Below, in pieces: positions 51,511 to 60,312 of a stretch of 64,000 bases of DNA (position 1 is the stretch's first letter; each line of letters opens with the position of its first letter). Source of the DNA: Candidatus Latescibacterota bacterium (GTDB lineage Bacteria > Latescibacterota > UBA2968 > UBA8231); the NCBI GenBank assembly GCA_965206595.1, contig OZ242214.1, forward strand, positions 2,048,001-2,112,000. The letters run 5' to 3'. A program made the translations under genes and the position numbers. Under the pieces are notes generated by a model. It saw nothing but the letters and a program-made list of their open reading frames with translations. It did no database searches and was not told where the DNA came from.

Positions 51511-52248
51511 TCAGGGAGAGGAGGCGACGCTTGTGGCGTTCGACTGATCCGCCACGAGGTGGCGGCCCTCCTCCTTCAGTCTCCTGAACACCTCGAGATG
51601 CCTGACCCCCTGCTCCTTCTTCCCCTGCTCGAGAAGCAGCCGTCCCAGCCGGTAGTGGGCGGAGGCATGGTCCGGGGACAGCTTGAGCGCCTTGGCGTAG
51701 AGCCCGGCGGCGCGCAGGCCGTTGCCCCGCTTTTCCGAAATCAGCCCGAGGCGGTAGTAGGAGGATCCGAAGTTGGGAACGACCTCGATCGCCTGCCTGT
51801 AGTAGCGCTCCGCCTCGTCGAGGAGGTTGCGGCGCTCGCTGATCACCCCGAGGTCGAAGTACGGCTTGGCCCTGCGCAGGCCGAGCTCGATCGCCCGCTT
51901 GTACGCCTTCTCGGCGCGGTCCCCGTCGGTCAGCAGCATGTAGGCCTTGCCCAGGTGCATGTAGAAGAGGCCGTTGTCCGGCTCCAGGGAGATCGCCCTG
52001 CGGATCGGCTCCAGCGCCTTGCCGGGCTCCAAGCGCAGGGCGTGGCAGAGCCCGAGCTTGGCATGGGCCAAGGCAAACCCGGGGTCCAGCTCGACGGCAC
52101 GCCGGTACTCCCCGGCTGCCTGGAGGTACCTGCCGGCGCGGAGGTGCGCCTGTCCGCGCTCGTAATGGGCCGCCGACGACTCGGAGGAGCCGCACCGGAG
52201 CAGCGAGGCGGTGAGGAGAAGCGGTGCCACCGCCAGGAGGGCTTTCAC
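51511..52248 (-). CDS. TPR repeat protein with signal peptide
   Basis: Several TPR units (A.ELDP..A.AH..LG); GTG start at 52248. Confidence 0.85.
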   Translation of the reverse strand: MKALLAVAPLLLTASLLRCGSSESSAAHYERGQAHLRAGRYLQAAGEYRRAVELDPGFALAHAKLGLCHALRLEPGKALEPIRRAISLEPDNGLFYMHLGKAYMLLTDGDRAEKAYKRAIELGLRRAKPYFDLGVISERRNLLDEAERYYRQAIEVVPNFGSSYYRLGLISEKRGNGLRAAGLYAKALKLSPDHASAHYRLGRLLLEQGKKEQGVRHLEVFRRLKEEGRHLVADQSNATSVASSP

Positions 52249-52549
52249 GCCGCCCACTTCCCTCGCCGGCGGGGGCGGCGTTCCGGCGGCTTCCCCCACC
52301 CTTCCGGGACAGGACTCTTCGAGCGCCCCGGACCGGCCAGAGTGGCGCCCCGAACCTCCCCCTGCCCTTCTCCGGCAGGACTCTCCGTGCCCCCCGCCGC
52401 GGGGGGTACCCGGCCCGGAGGGGACCCTTGGCCATGGAGGAATTGCAATACCGGAAATGCTCGACGGACCATGGCGGTTACAGTGTCGCGCCACGCAGGG
52501 CCGGTCAAGCCCGGCCTTTCGCGGCCCTGAATCCGTAGATTTCCGGGCC

Positions 52550-52717
52550 ATGAACTTCGACAGGTCGATCGACCCGCATCGCCCGCTCTACCATTTCTCG
52601 CCCCCCCTCGGATGGTGGGACGGCGGTCCGGACGGGACCATCCATCACGACGGCCGGTACCACGTCTTCTACCAGTTCGACCCCCGAGTTCGGCGAATCG
52701 ATCTTGCCTGGCGGTAA
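52550..52717 (+). pseudogene. GH32 glycoside hydrolase N-terminal fragment
   Basis: DPHRPLYHFSPP.GW...PDG....DGRYHVFYQ, then an early stop. Confidence 0.7.
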
Positions 52718-52735
52718 ACGGATCCGGATAGCGCG

Positions 52736-53090
52736 GTGACGGAGACCTCCGGAAAAAAACAGCAACCGATCGACGGCATGCCCCGCGACGCGCGCGGGTT
52801 CTGGCAGCAAGTACACCGCCGACTGGATGGCGACGGGAAAGCGCAAGTTCCTCTGGGGAAGTCAGCTCCGCGACAACGTCTTCTGGAGCTGCGCCAGCGG
52901 CTGCACCGTCTGGACCGCGTACGAGGTGCTGATGACGTGGGCCTACGCCAACGGGCTGCTGCCCTACGGCGAGCCGGACATCCCGTTCGACCACTGGTTC
53001 GGCACCAGTCACGACGGGTCTCCGGAGGCTCACGCGTCGATGCGGGAGAAGCGCCGGGCCCGCAACAACGTCGTCACCGACTCGGACTAG
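52736..53090 (+). pseudogene. Sterol desaturase family gene with internal deletions
   Basis: Q.RDNVFWS.ASG..VWTAYEV..W.YANG joined directly to YG...PFD.WFGT.HDG; His boxes absent. Confidence 0.65.
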
Positions 53091-53283
53091 CGGCCCCCCG
53101 GAGATCCGTCAGGCCGCCGGTCGTCCCGGGCGGCATGCGCCGGGGATCCAGGGATCGTCCCGGTGGCCGCGGCCGCAATGGACGCTCCGCGCGGTCACGG
53201 CCTATCTTGGGCCTGCGCCGGACTCAGCGGGCATCGCTGCTCCAGCGCCGTTTGCAGGCAGCCCCGAATCCTACAGGAGCACC

Positions 53284-53658
53284 ATGGCACTGACCATCAT
53301 CCGCACCGTCCGCCCCAGCCCCGAATGGCAGGATACCCTCATCCGCCTGCGCCGGGGACAGCGGATGGTGATCGACACCGAGGAGGTCTGGTCGCCGGAC
53401 ATGCGCAACCAGATCGTCTGGTGCGGGGCAGACGGGGTGTACAACCTCCCCGCGGACGAGGGGTACCTGCTGCCCGGGGCAAACGTCGGCATGCTGATCG
53501 CCCGCGTCGGCGACGGGCCGCCCTTCGCCGTCGGCAGCCGCCACGACTTCCTCTGCGACCGCGAGGGCCTGCTCCACCTGGCGATGAACGAGAACCCCGA
53601 ACACAACAACCAGGCGGGGAAACTCTCCTCCCAGATCATCCTGTTCGGGGAAGAGTGA
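53284..53658 (+). CDS. Hypothetical protein, PA-IL/LecA-like beta-sandwich
   Basis: WQDT.I.L..G, W, YLLPGANVGMLIARVG, F.VG, G.L.L.MNE..N; RBS AGGAG. Confidence 0.55.
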   Translation: MALTIIRTVRPSPEWQDTLIRLRRGQRMVIDTEEVWSPDMRNQIVWCGADGVYNLPADEGYLLPGANVGMLIARVGDGPPFAVGSRHDFLCDREGLLHLAMNENPEHNNQAGKLSSQIILFGEE

Positions 53659-54755
53659 CAGCGACCGAACTGGCAGCTGGGGTCTGGAGAGTCGACCTGG
53701 ACGGCGGCCGCCGCGTCGTCGCCAAGTGCCAGCCGTTTGCCGGCCTCACCCGGGGCCGGGCCGACGACCTGATCGCCGTCGAGCAGCGGGTTCTGACCCT
53801 GCTGAAGGAGCGGAATTGCCCGGTGCCGCAGGTCCTCGGCGCCGATCCGGACGCGGGCCTCATCTTCTTCGAGCACCTCGGGGAGGAGACCCTGGACGAT
53901 GCCTGCCGCGGCGCGGGACCCGGCCGCCTCGCGAGATTGCGGGAGCGGCTCGTCAGCGGATTCCTGCGGATAGAGCAGGCCTTCGCCGACTGCCGGCGGG
54001 AGCTGGCACCCCACATCTCCGCGGCGGCCTCCCGCGAGCGCCTCCCGGACGCTCTCACCCAGGCTCGAGACGGGGCTTGGGACGGAATGCACAGGCTCCT
54101 GCACCGGTGCGGGCAGGCCCCCGGGCCGGCTCTCGAAGATCTGCTCGTGGAGCTCTGCGAGCGGCTCGCCGGGGAGGAGCCGAGCCTCGGAAGCACCGAC
54201 TACAACGCCCGCAACGTCGTCGTCGACCGCGGCAGCGACGCGGTCGGTTTCATCGAGTTCGCCAAGATCGGCTGGGACTGGCCCGAGCGCCGGCTGGTGC
54301 AGTACGCCACCGGCCTGGGAGCGGACGCCGAAGGGGGCTTCGCCGGTCTCCTCGACCGCACCGCGGCCGGCCAGTACGCGAGCTCCGCCCCCGGAGACCG
54401 GGCCCGCAGGGGGTTCGCCCTCGACGGGCACCACCTGCTCTTCCACCTCAACGCGGCGGCCAGGCTCTGCGGCGCCCTGGATGGCCCCGGCCTGGAGCCG
54501 AACCGCACGCTCCTGGAAGTCTGGCGGCAGCCGAGGCTGCGCCTGCGCCAGCTCTGCGACGCCATCTCCTTCCCTCTCGGCGACGACTCCCTGGCCATCG
54601 GCTTCAGAAGGCAGTTCGCCCGTCTCCTGTCCCGGGAATGGACCGGACAGGATGCGGACGCCCAACGGGTCCGGGTAACCCGGAATGAAGAGGAACCAGT
54701 GAACGTACCGCCTGTTGTCACCCTCCCAACCCCTGATGCAGGAGCGCAACCATGA
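53655..54755 (+). CDS. APH/choline-kinase-like phosphotransferase
   Basis: VVAK, E..VL..L, VPQVLG, TDYNARN, IEF; GTGA overlap with upstream gene. Confidence 0.7.
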   Translation: MTATELAAGVWRVDLDGGRRVVAKCQPFAGLTRGRADDLIAVEQRVLTLLKERNCPVPQVLGADPDAGLIFFEHLGEETLDDACRGAGPGRLARLRERLVSGFLRIEQAFADCRRELAPHISAAASRERLPDALTQARDGAWDGMHRLLHRCGQAPGPALEDLLVELCERLAGEEPSLGSTDYNARNVVVDRGSDAVGFIEFAKIGWDWPERRLVQYATGLGADAEGGFAGLLDRTAAGQYASSAPGDRARRGFALDGHHLLFHLNAAARLCGALDGPGLEPNRTLLEVWRQPRLRLRQLCDAISFPLGDDSLAIGFRRQFARLLSREWTGQDADAQRVRVTRNEEEPVNVPPVVTLPTPDAGAQP

Positions 54756-55030
54756 ACGAATCCGACAACCTCGACTTCAAACCCCGGGCCCGGGGGCTCG
54801 TGATCGGCGGCCTTCCCTGGCTCGCCCGCATAGCGGACAAGGCGCGCGCCTGGCACGGCGGGCGCATCGGCGACTACGTCTTCCCGTGAGCTGCCGACCA
54901 GCGCTTTCTGGAGGAAGCGGAGCTGAAGTCGGAGGAGTTCTCGGAGATGGTGCTGGCGAGCGCCGACGACGAGGAGTTGATCGCCAGCATGAAGGAACAC
55001 CTCGGGGGGCGGACCGTTAAGGGTCCCTGA
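54752..55030 (+). CDS. DUF5069-like protein, candidate selenoprotein (TGA at codon 46)
   Basis: MNESDNLDFKPRARGLVIGGLPWLARIADKARAWHGGRIGDYVFP-U-AADQRFLEEAELKSEEFSEMVLASADDEELIASMKEHLGGRTVKGP; RBS AGGAG 7 nt before ATG. Confidence 0.75.
54894..54932 (+). promoter_or_regulatory. Putative bacterial SECIS hairpin
   Basis: ccgac/gtcgg, cag/ctg and cgctttc/ggaagcg stems; apical loop UGGA begins after a 19-nt spacer from the UGA. Confidence 0.7.
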
Positions 55031-55039
55031 CCGCCCGCC

Positions 55040-55837
55040 ATGCTCGAGGACCGGACAGCCGTCGTCACCGGGGCAGGCCAGGGGATCGGACTGGGCGTCG
55101 CCCGGGCCCTGGCCGCCCGGGGGGCGCGGGTGGTCATCGGCGAGCTGGTCCCGGAGCGCGGTGAAAAGGCCGCGGCCGGCATTATAGCGGAAGGGTACCG
55201 CGCCCGGTCGGTACCGCTCGACGTCAGCCTGCCGGAGTCCTGCTCGGCCCTGGTCGACACCGTGCTCGGGGAACACGGGCGTATCGACATCCTCGTCAAC
55301 TGCGCCGGCATCTTCACCGCCCACCGCTCGGAGGAGTTCCCCGAGGAGGACTGGCGGCGGCAGATCGACGTCCTGCTGAACGGGGTCTTCTTCACCACCC
55401 AGGAAGTGGTCCGCAAGGTCATGATTCCGCAGCAGTCCGGCAGCGTCGTCACCGTCGCCTCGATCGGCGGCATGGGCGGCTGGCCGATGCGGGCGGCCTA
55501 CAACGCCGCCAAGGCCGGGGTCATCGTGCTCAACGAGGTGCTGGCGACCGAGTGGGCCCGGCACGGCATCCGCCTCAACTGCGTCTCCCCCGGGGTCACC
55601 CGGACCGAAATGATCGAAAAGGCGATCGCCGCGGGCGCCTCTTCCATGGACCGCTACCGCAACCGCACCCCCCTCGGGCGGATCGCCGAGGTCGAGGAGA
55701 TCGCCAGCGCCGTCCTCTTCCTGGTATCGGACCGCGCCTCCTACATCACCGGGGAAAACCTGCGCGTCGACGGCGGCTGGGTCCCCTGGGGCAACCTCGA
55801 TGCCATCGGCTTTCCCGAAGATGCGGACCGTCCCTGA
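55040..55837 (+). CDS. SDR family oxidoreductase
   Basis: TGAGQGIG, NCAG, YNAAK, VDGG. Confidence 0.92.
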   Translation: MLEDRTAVVTGAGQGIGLGVARALAARGARVVIGELVPERGEKAAAGIIAEGYRARSVPLDVSLPESCSALVDTVLGEHGRIDILVNCAGIFTAHRSEEFPEEDWRRQIDVLLNGVFFTTQEVVRKVMIPQQSGSVVTVASIGGMGGWPMRAAYNAAKAGVIVLNEVLATEWARHGIRLNCVSPGVTRTEMIEKAIAAGASSMDRYRNRTPLGRIAEVEEIASAVLFLVSDRASYITGENLRVDGGWVPWGNLDAIGFPEDADRP

Positions 55838-56594
55838 GTTCGCCGGCAGGACGGTGGTCGTCACCGGCGCCGGCGGCGGGCTCGGCTCGGACATGGCACA
55901 CCGCTTCGGCGAGGCCGGGGCTTTCGTGGTGGTCGCCGACATCGACGCGGCAGCCGGCCATGCTGTCGCAGAGCAGTTGCGCGGCGACGGCATCGAGGCC
56001 GTGTACCGCCGGCTCGACGTGCGCGATCCGGGTTCGAGCGCCGGCCTCGTCGAGGACGTGGCCGGCGAGCGCGGCGGTATCGACGTCTGGGTCAACAACG
56101 CCGGAGTCGCCCACAAGGGGCCGGCCGAAACCCTGCCGCAGGAGCAGTGGCGGGAAAGCATCGACGTGATGCTCTCGGGCGCCTTCTACTGCGCCCAGGC
56201 CGCGGCCCGCCCCATGCTGGAACAGGGCCGGGGCGTGATCGTCAACGTCGCTTCCATCATCGGCTGTTTCCCGATCGAGCAGCGCGTCGCCTACGGCACC
56301 GCCAAGGCGGGACTGATCGCCCTCACCGAAGCCCTGGGGATCGAGTGGGCGGACAGGGGTGTGCGCGTCGTCGGCGTCGCCCCCGCGGTGGTGATGACGG
56401 AGATGGTCCGCAAAGGTCTGGCCGAGGGCACGGCCACGGTCGCCGCGTACGAGCGCCGCACCCCGATGCGGCGGCTCGGCACCAAACGCGAGGTCTCCGA
56501 TGCCGTCCTCTACCTCGCCAGCGACGAGGCCTCGTTCATTACCGCCGAGACCCTGAAGATAGACGGGGGCTGGGGCGCTTATTCCTTCTTCTGA
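55821..56594 (+). CDS. SDR family oxidoreductase
   Basis: TGAGGGLG, NNAG, YGTAK, IDGG. Confidence 0.9.
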   Translation: MRTVPEFAGRTVVVTGAGGGLGSDMAHRFGEAGAFVVVADIDAAAGHAVAEQLRGDGIEAVYRRLDVRDPGSSAGLVEDVAGERGGIDVWVNNAGVAHKGPAETLPQEQWRESIDVMLSGAFYCAQAAARPMLEQGRGVIVNVASIIGCFPIEQRVAYGTAKAGLIALTEALGIEWADRGVRVVGVAPAVVMTEMVRKGLAEGTATVAAYERRTPMRRLGTKREVSDAVLYLASDEASFITAETLKIDGGWGAYSFF

Positions 56595-56614
56595 CTTCTG
56601 AGAAAGGGTTCGTT

Positions 56615-57064
56615 TTGAAAGTAGCCGGAGCGGCGCACACGTCGTACACGGTTTCGGACCTGGCGCGGTCCAAGCAGTTCTACTGCGGCCTTCTCGGCTG
56701 CGAGGTCCTGTGGGAGCGGGAGATCGTCGAGACTTATTTCCGCGCCATCGTCGGTTTTCCCGATTGCGTGGTGAAGGCCGCTCAACTGCGCATTCCCGGA
56801 TCGGGCCACGTGCTCGAGCTGTTCGAATACGCGCATCCGCGCGCCGCCCCCGCGGTGCCGCCGGTCAACCGCCCTGGCAGCTCCCACATCGCCTTTCTGG
56901 TCGAAGACATCCACGCCGCTTGCGAAGAGCTCGGCGCCCGGGGGGTGGTCGTCCGCTCCGACCCGGTCGAAGTCGACTACGGAGCCAACAAGGGGGCCTG
57001 GGGGGTGTACATCGAAGACCCGGACGGCATCCCCATGGAGCTGTTCCAGCCCCCGCCCCGTTGA
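56615..57064 (+). CDS. VOC/glyoxalase family protein
   Basis: HTSYTVSDL.RS..FY, LELFEY, HIAF.V.D, DPDG.PMEL; TTG start. Confidence 0.88.
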   Translation: MKVAGAAHTSYTVSDLARSKQFYCGLLGCEVLWEREIVETYFRAIVGFPDCVVKAAQLRIPGSGHVLELFEYAHPRAAPAVPPVNRPGSSHIAFLVEDIHAACEELGARGVVVRSDPVEVDYGANKGAWGVYIEDPDGIPMELFQPPPR

Positions 57065-57173
57065 TCCGCAGGCACCGCTAGCCTTCGCGCGCGCTGATTT
57101 GCGCCGGGGCGGGATCCGCCCCGGACTCGCCTGGCCTCGCTACGGCGCCGCCTATTTGCCGACTGAGAGAACG

Positions 57174-57932
57174 ATGACCCTCCGCTTCGCCTGCAGCAGC
57201 CTGACCTGGCCCCACGAGGAGCTCGAGCGCAACCTCGCCCTGCTCGCCCCCAGCGGTTACGAAGGGTGGGAGACGCGCGAGCCCCTCGACATCCTCGGCC
57301 CGCCGCGGCGCCTGCTGCGCCTGTGCGCCTCCGCCGGCATCGAGATCGCCGCGGTGACCGGGCCCAACGTCACGCGCTCGACCGCGGATGCGGCGCAGCA
57401 GATCTGCAAGCGCCGCATCGAGTACGCCGCCGACCTCGGGGTCGGGCTGTTCATGACCAAGGGCCCGGGGCACGGAGAGGTTTCGCCGGCGCCGGAGGGG
57501 GAGCTCGACCGCATCGCCGCGGTGTACGAGGACCTCGCCGAATACGGGGACCGGCTCGGGGTCGCGGTGACCTACCACCCGCACGAGAACCACTTCGTCG
57601 ACAGCGCCGCCGAGTGGCGGCGGTTCATGCCGCGGCTGCGGGTCTGCCGCTTGTGCCTCGACGTGATGCACGCCGTGCTGTGGGGGTGGGATGCGGCCGC
57701 GGCGGCGCGGGAATTCGCCGGCCGCATCGCCTACGTCCACCTGCACGGCAGGAAGGGGGAGGAGCCGGCCGACCTCGACGACGGTCCCTTGTGCGACTAC
57801 GCCGGGTTCCTGGGTACGCTCGAGAAAGAGCTGGGGTTCTCGGGGTGGGTGGTGGTCCTGCCGGGAGGCAGGCGGCCCGCGGAGGAGAGCATGCGCCGCA
57901 ACCGCGACTACCTGCGCGGCCTGGGGTACTGA
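57174..57932 (+). CDS. Sugar phosphate isomerase/epimerase (IolE-like)
   Basis: GYEGWE, YHPH, CLDVMH, YVHLH. Confidence 0.82.
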   Translation: MTLRFACSSLTWPHEELERNLALLAPSGYEGWETREPLDILGPPRRLLRLCASAGIEIAAVTGPNVTRSTADAAQQICKRRIEYAADLGVGLFMTKGPGHGEVSPAPEGELDRIAAVYEDLAEYGDRLGVAVTYHPHENHFVDSAAEWRRFMPRLRVCRLCLDVMHAVLWGWDAAAAAREFAGRIAYVHLHGRKGEEPADLDDGPLCDYAGFLGTLEKELGFSGWVVVLPGGRRPAEESMRRNRDYLRGLGY

Positions 57933-57967
57933 GCGGGTACCGTCCCAAGCAGCCGCAGCGACGAACC

Positions 57968-58091
57968 GGAACGGGAAGGAATCGGCCGGCCTCGACGACG
58001 GCCCCCTGTGCGACTACGGCCGGTTCCTGTCCGTGCTCGAGGAGGAGCTGGGGTTCTCGGGATGGGTCGTGGTCCTGCCGGGAGGCCGGCG
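57968..58091 (+). repeat. Diverged copy of 57751-57874 (3' part of the epimerase gene)
   Basis: Ungapped alignment by eye: 19 mismatches in 124 nt. Confidence 0.85.
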
Positions 58092-58337
58092 ACCGCGGCG
58101 CGGCCACCGGGAGGCTACTGCCGTTTCCCTCTGTGCCGCCCTCATGCCGTCGCGGCGGCCTCCTTCGCACGGCGCCCCGGCCAGAGGCAGGGCGCCGGAA
58201 AGCCTCGGATCCTGAGGAAGGGCTGCCGCGAAATTCCCCCGGCGAAACACCGGCCTCGCGCGAGCGGCCGCATGCGCCGCCCAATCGATCCGGCCCGACC
58301 GTCCGGCTCCACTTCAGGCAACCCGGGGCTTTCTCCT

Positions 58338-59369
58338 TCAGCGCCGGATCCTGGCGAGCTTGGCCTGGAAATCCTCCCGGTCGAGCACCTCCCCGTTGAC
58401 CAGGGCCGCGGGGATCTTCCCCGCCATGATCTCCTGGGCCTGGGCAAGTTTGCCGCTCCAGGCGGTGGTGAAATACTCGTCGGTGTGGCAGAGCGAGTGC
58501 GGGGAGACGACGACGTTCTCCATGCGCAGCAGCGGGTTGTCCGGGTCCACCGGCTCCTGCTCGAAGACGTCGAGGCCGGCGCCGCGGATCGTCCCCTGGC
58601 GCAGCGCCTCGATCAGGGCCGGCTCGTCGACGACGGAGCCCCGCGAGGTGTTGACGAGATAGGCCGACGGTTTCATGCCCCCCAGTTCTTCGGCGCCGAT
58701 CAGGTGCCGCGTCTCCTCGTTGAGGGGCACGCAGATGCAGACGAAGTCCGACTCGGCCAGCAGGCGGCCGCGGTCGACCAGCTCCACTCCGAGGCCTTCG
58801 AGCGCTTCCGGGCTCGCGTACGGATCGCAGGCCAGCAGCCTCATGGCGAACGGCTGCGCCAGGACGAGGACCTCGCGCCCGATGTTGCCCACCCCGATCA
58901 CTCCCAGGGTCTTCCCGGTCAACCCTTCCCCCTTGTAGTCGGCGCGCTCCGCCCAGCGCCCTTCGCGGGTGAGCCTGTCCTTGTTGATCAGCTTCGTAGC
59001 CAGGGCGAGGATGTGGGTCATGTTGGTCACCGCCATCGGCCGGCGCACGGCGTCGGGAGCGGTGCAGAGCATCACCCCGGCCCCGGTCAGGGCGGCCACG
59101 TCGATGTGATCGTATCCGACCCCCATGAAGAGCACGGCGATCAGGCGCTCGCTGTCGCCGACGGAGCGGGTCGTCCACGGGACCCCGGCGGAGATGACCA
59201 TGTCGCAGTGGGCGACCTGCCCGGGGGCGATCTCCGGCAGAAGCTCGGCGAGCATCTCGTGTTCGACCCCGGGGATGCGGTCGAACAACGCCAGCCCGCC
59301 GGGGATGACGAGGTTTCCCCCCTCGTCGAACAGGTCCCTGGTGATGGCGATTCTGACGGTGTCGCTCAT
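58338..59369 (-). CDS. D-isomer-specific 2-hydroxyacid dehydrogenase
   Basis: GVGYD, GVGNIG, NTSRG, GLDVFEQEP, SPH. Confidence 0.92.
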   Translation of the reverse strand: MSDTVRIAITRDLFDEGGNLVIPGGLALFDRIPGVEHEMLAELLPEIAPGQVAHCDMVISAGVPWTTRSVGDSERLIAVLFMGVGYDHIDVAALTGAGVMLCTAPDAVRRPMAVTNMTHILALATKLINKDRLTREGRWAERADYKGEGLTGKTLGVIGVGNIGREVLVLAQPFAMRLLACDPYASPEALEGLGVELVDRGRLLAESDFVCICVPLNEETRHLIGAEELGGMKPSAYLVNTSRGSVVDEPALIEALRQGTIRGAGLDVFEQEPVDPDNPLLRMENVVVSPHSLCHTDEYFTTAWSGKLAQAQEIMAGKIPAALVNGEVLDREDFQAKLARIRR

Positions 59370-60166
59370 GCCATTTCTCCGTCCGTTTCAATGGGAGTAT
59401 CCAGCACCCCGAGCTCGTCGAGGCGGCGGAGCCAGCGCTGATGCCGCGGCCCTGCAAGGGAGCGCCAGTGGTCCCCGTACATCTGATGTCTCTTGCAGGT
59501 GAAGATCTGGTGGTTTCCCCGCATCTGGCTGAGCACCGCCTCGGTCGCCTGCGGGGATTCCGGGTCCTCGTAGTAGACGATTACCCCCTGGCGCCGCCCC
59601 GCGGCCCCGCCGAACGAGGCGTGCCAGAGGCCGACGTCAAAGGCGAGCACGTCGCCCGGCTGCGATTCGAAGACGTGGGCCGGCATCTGCACCGGGGGAA
59701 TCCCGTACGCCTCCCCGGGATCGCCGGCGACCATGCCGTGCAGGGGCTCCCGGTGCGAGCCGGGAATGACGCGCAGGGCCCCGGTGGCGCCATCGAGGCG
59801 GTCGGGGTAGATGCAGAACTTGATCCCCCTGTAGTCGAGGGAGGCGGTGTCGGAATGCCAGCGGGTGTCCCCCACCATGTAGCTCCCGTCGACGGCTATG
59901 GCGATCCCCTTGCGGGCGAGCAACTGCTCGGCGACGTCGCCGAAGCGGGGATCGTCGGCGAGGCCGGCGATGGAGGGGCTCGCCGCCTCCATCAGGGTGG
60001 CGTAGTGGCGCTGAGTGCCGTCGAACGCCTCACCCTCGAGCCAGGCCTGCATTCCGCAATCGAACTCCTCGCTGAAGCGCTCCATCTCCGCAGGGGAGAG
60101 CAACTGCCTGAAAACCAGGAATCCGAAGGTCTCGAAGTGGTTGAGCTGTTGTTTGCCGATTTGCAT
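59366..60166 (-). CDS. Phytanoyl-CoA dioxygenase (PhyH) family protein
   Basis: F.TFGFLV, WHSD, GALRVIPGSH, PGDV..F...LWH. Confidence 0.88.
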   Translation of the reverse strand: MQIGKQQLNHFETFGFLVFRQLLSPAEMERFSEEFDCGMQAWLEGEAFDGTQRHYATLMEAASPSIAGLADDPRFGDVAEQLLARKGIAIAVDGSYMVGDTRWHSDTASLDYRGIKFCIYPDRLDGATGALRVIPGSHREPLHGMVAGDPGEAYGIPPVQMPAHVFESQPGDVLAFDVGLWHASFGGAAGRRQGVIVYYEDPESPQATEAVLSQMRGNHQIFTCKRHQMYGDHWRSLAGPRHQRWLRRLDELGVLDTPIETDGEMA

Positions 60167-60312
60167 GATTACCCTTTGCGTTGGCGGCCGCTTCCCGGCC
60201 GCCGGCGATTTTCCGCAACACCGGACCTGATTGCAAGCCCGGCGCCGCGGCCTCCGCGGTCGCCCCTTCGAGCGGCTTGCAGACATCACAACGGACGAGG
60301 AGGGTGAGAGTC

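Noticed and set aside
52295-52395. Two imperfect ~30-bp direct repeats (cccttc..caggactct..gcccc)
   Set aside because: Only two degenerate copies; not a CRISPR array or a recognisable operator.
57751-58091. DGR template/variable repeat pair
   Set aside because: Mismatches are not adenine-specific and there is no reverse transcriptase in the window.
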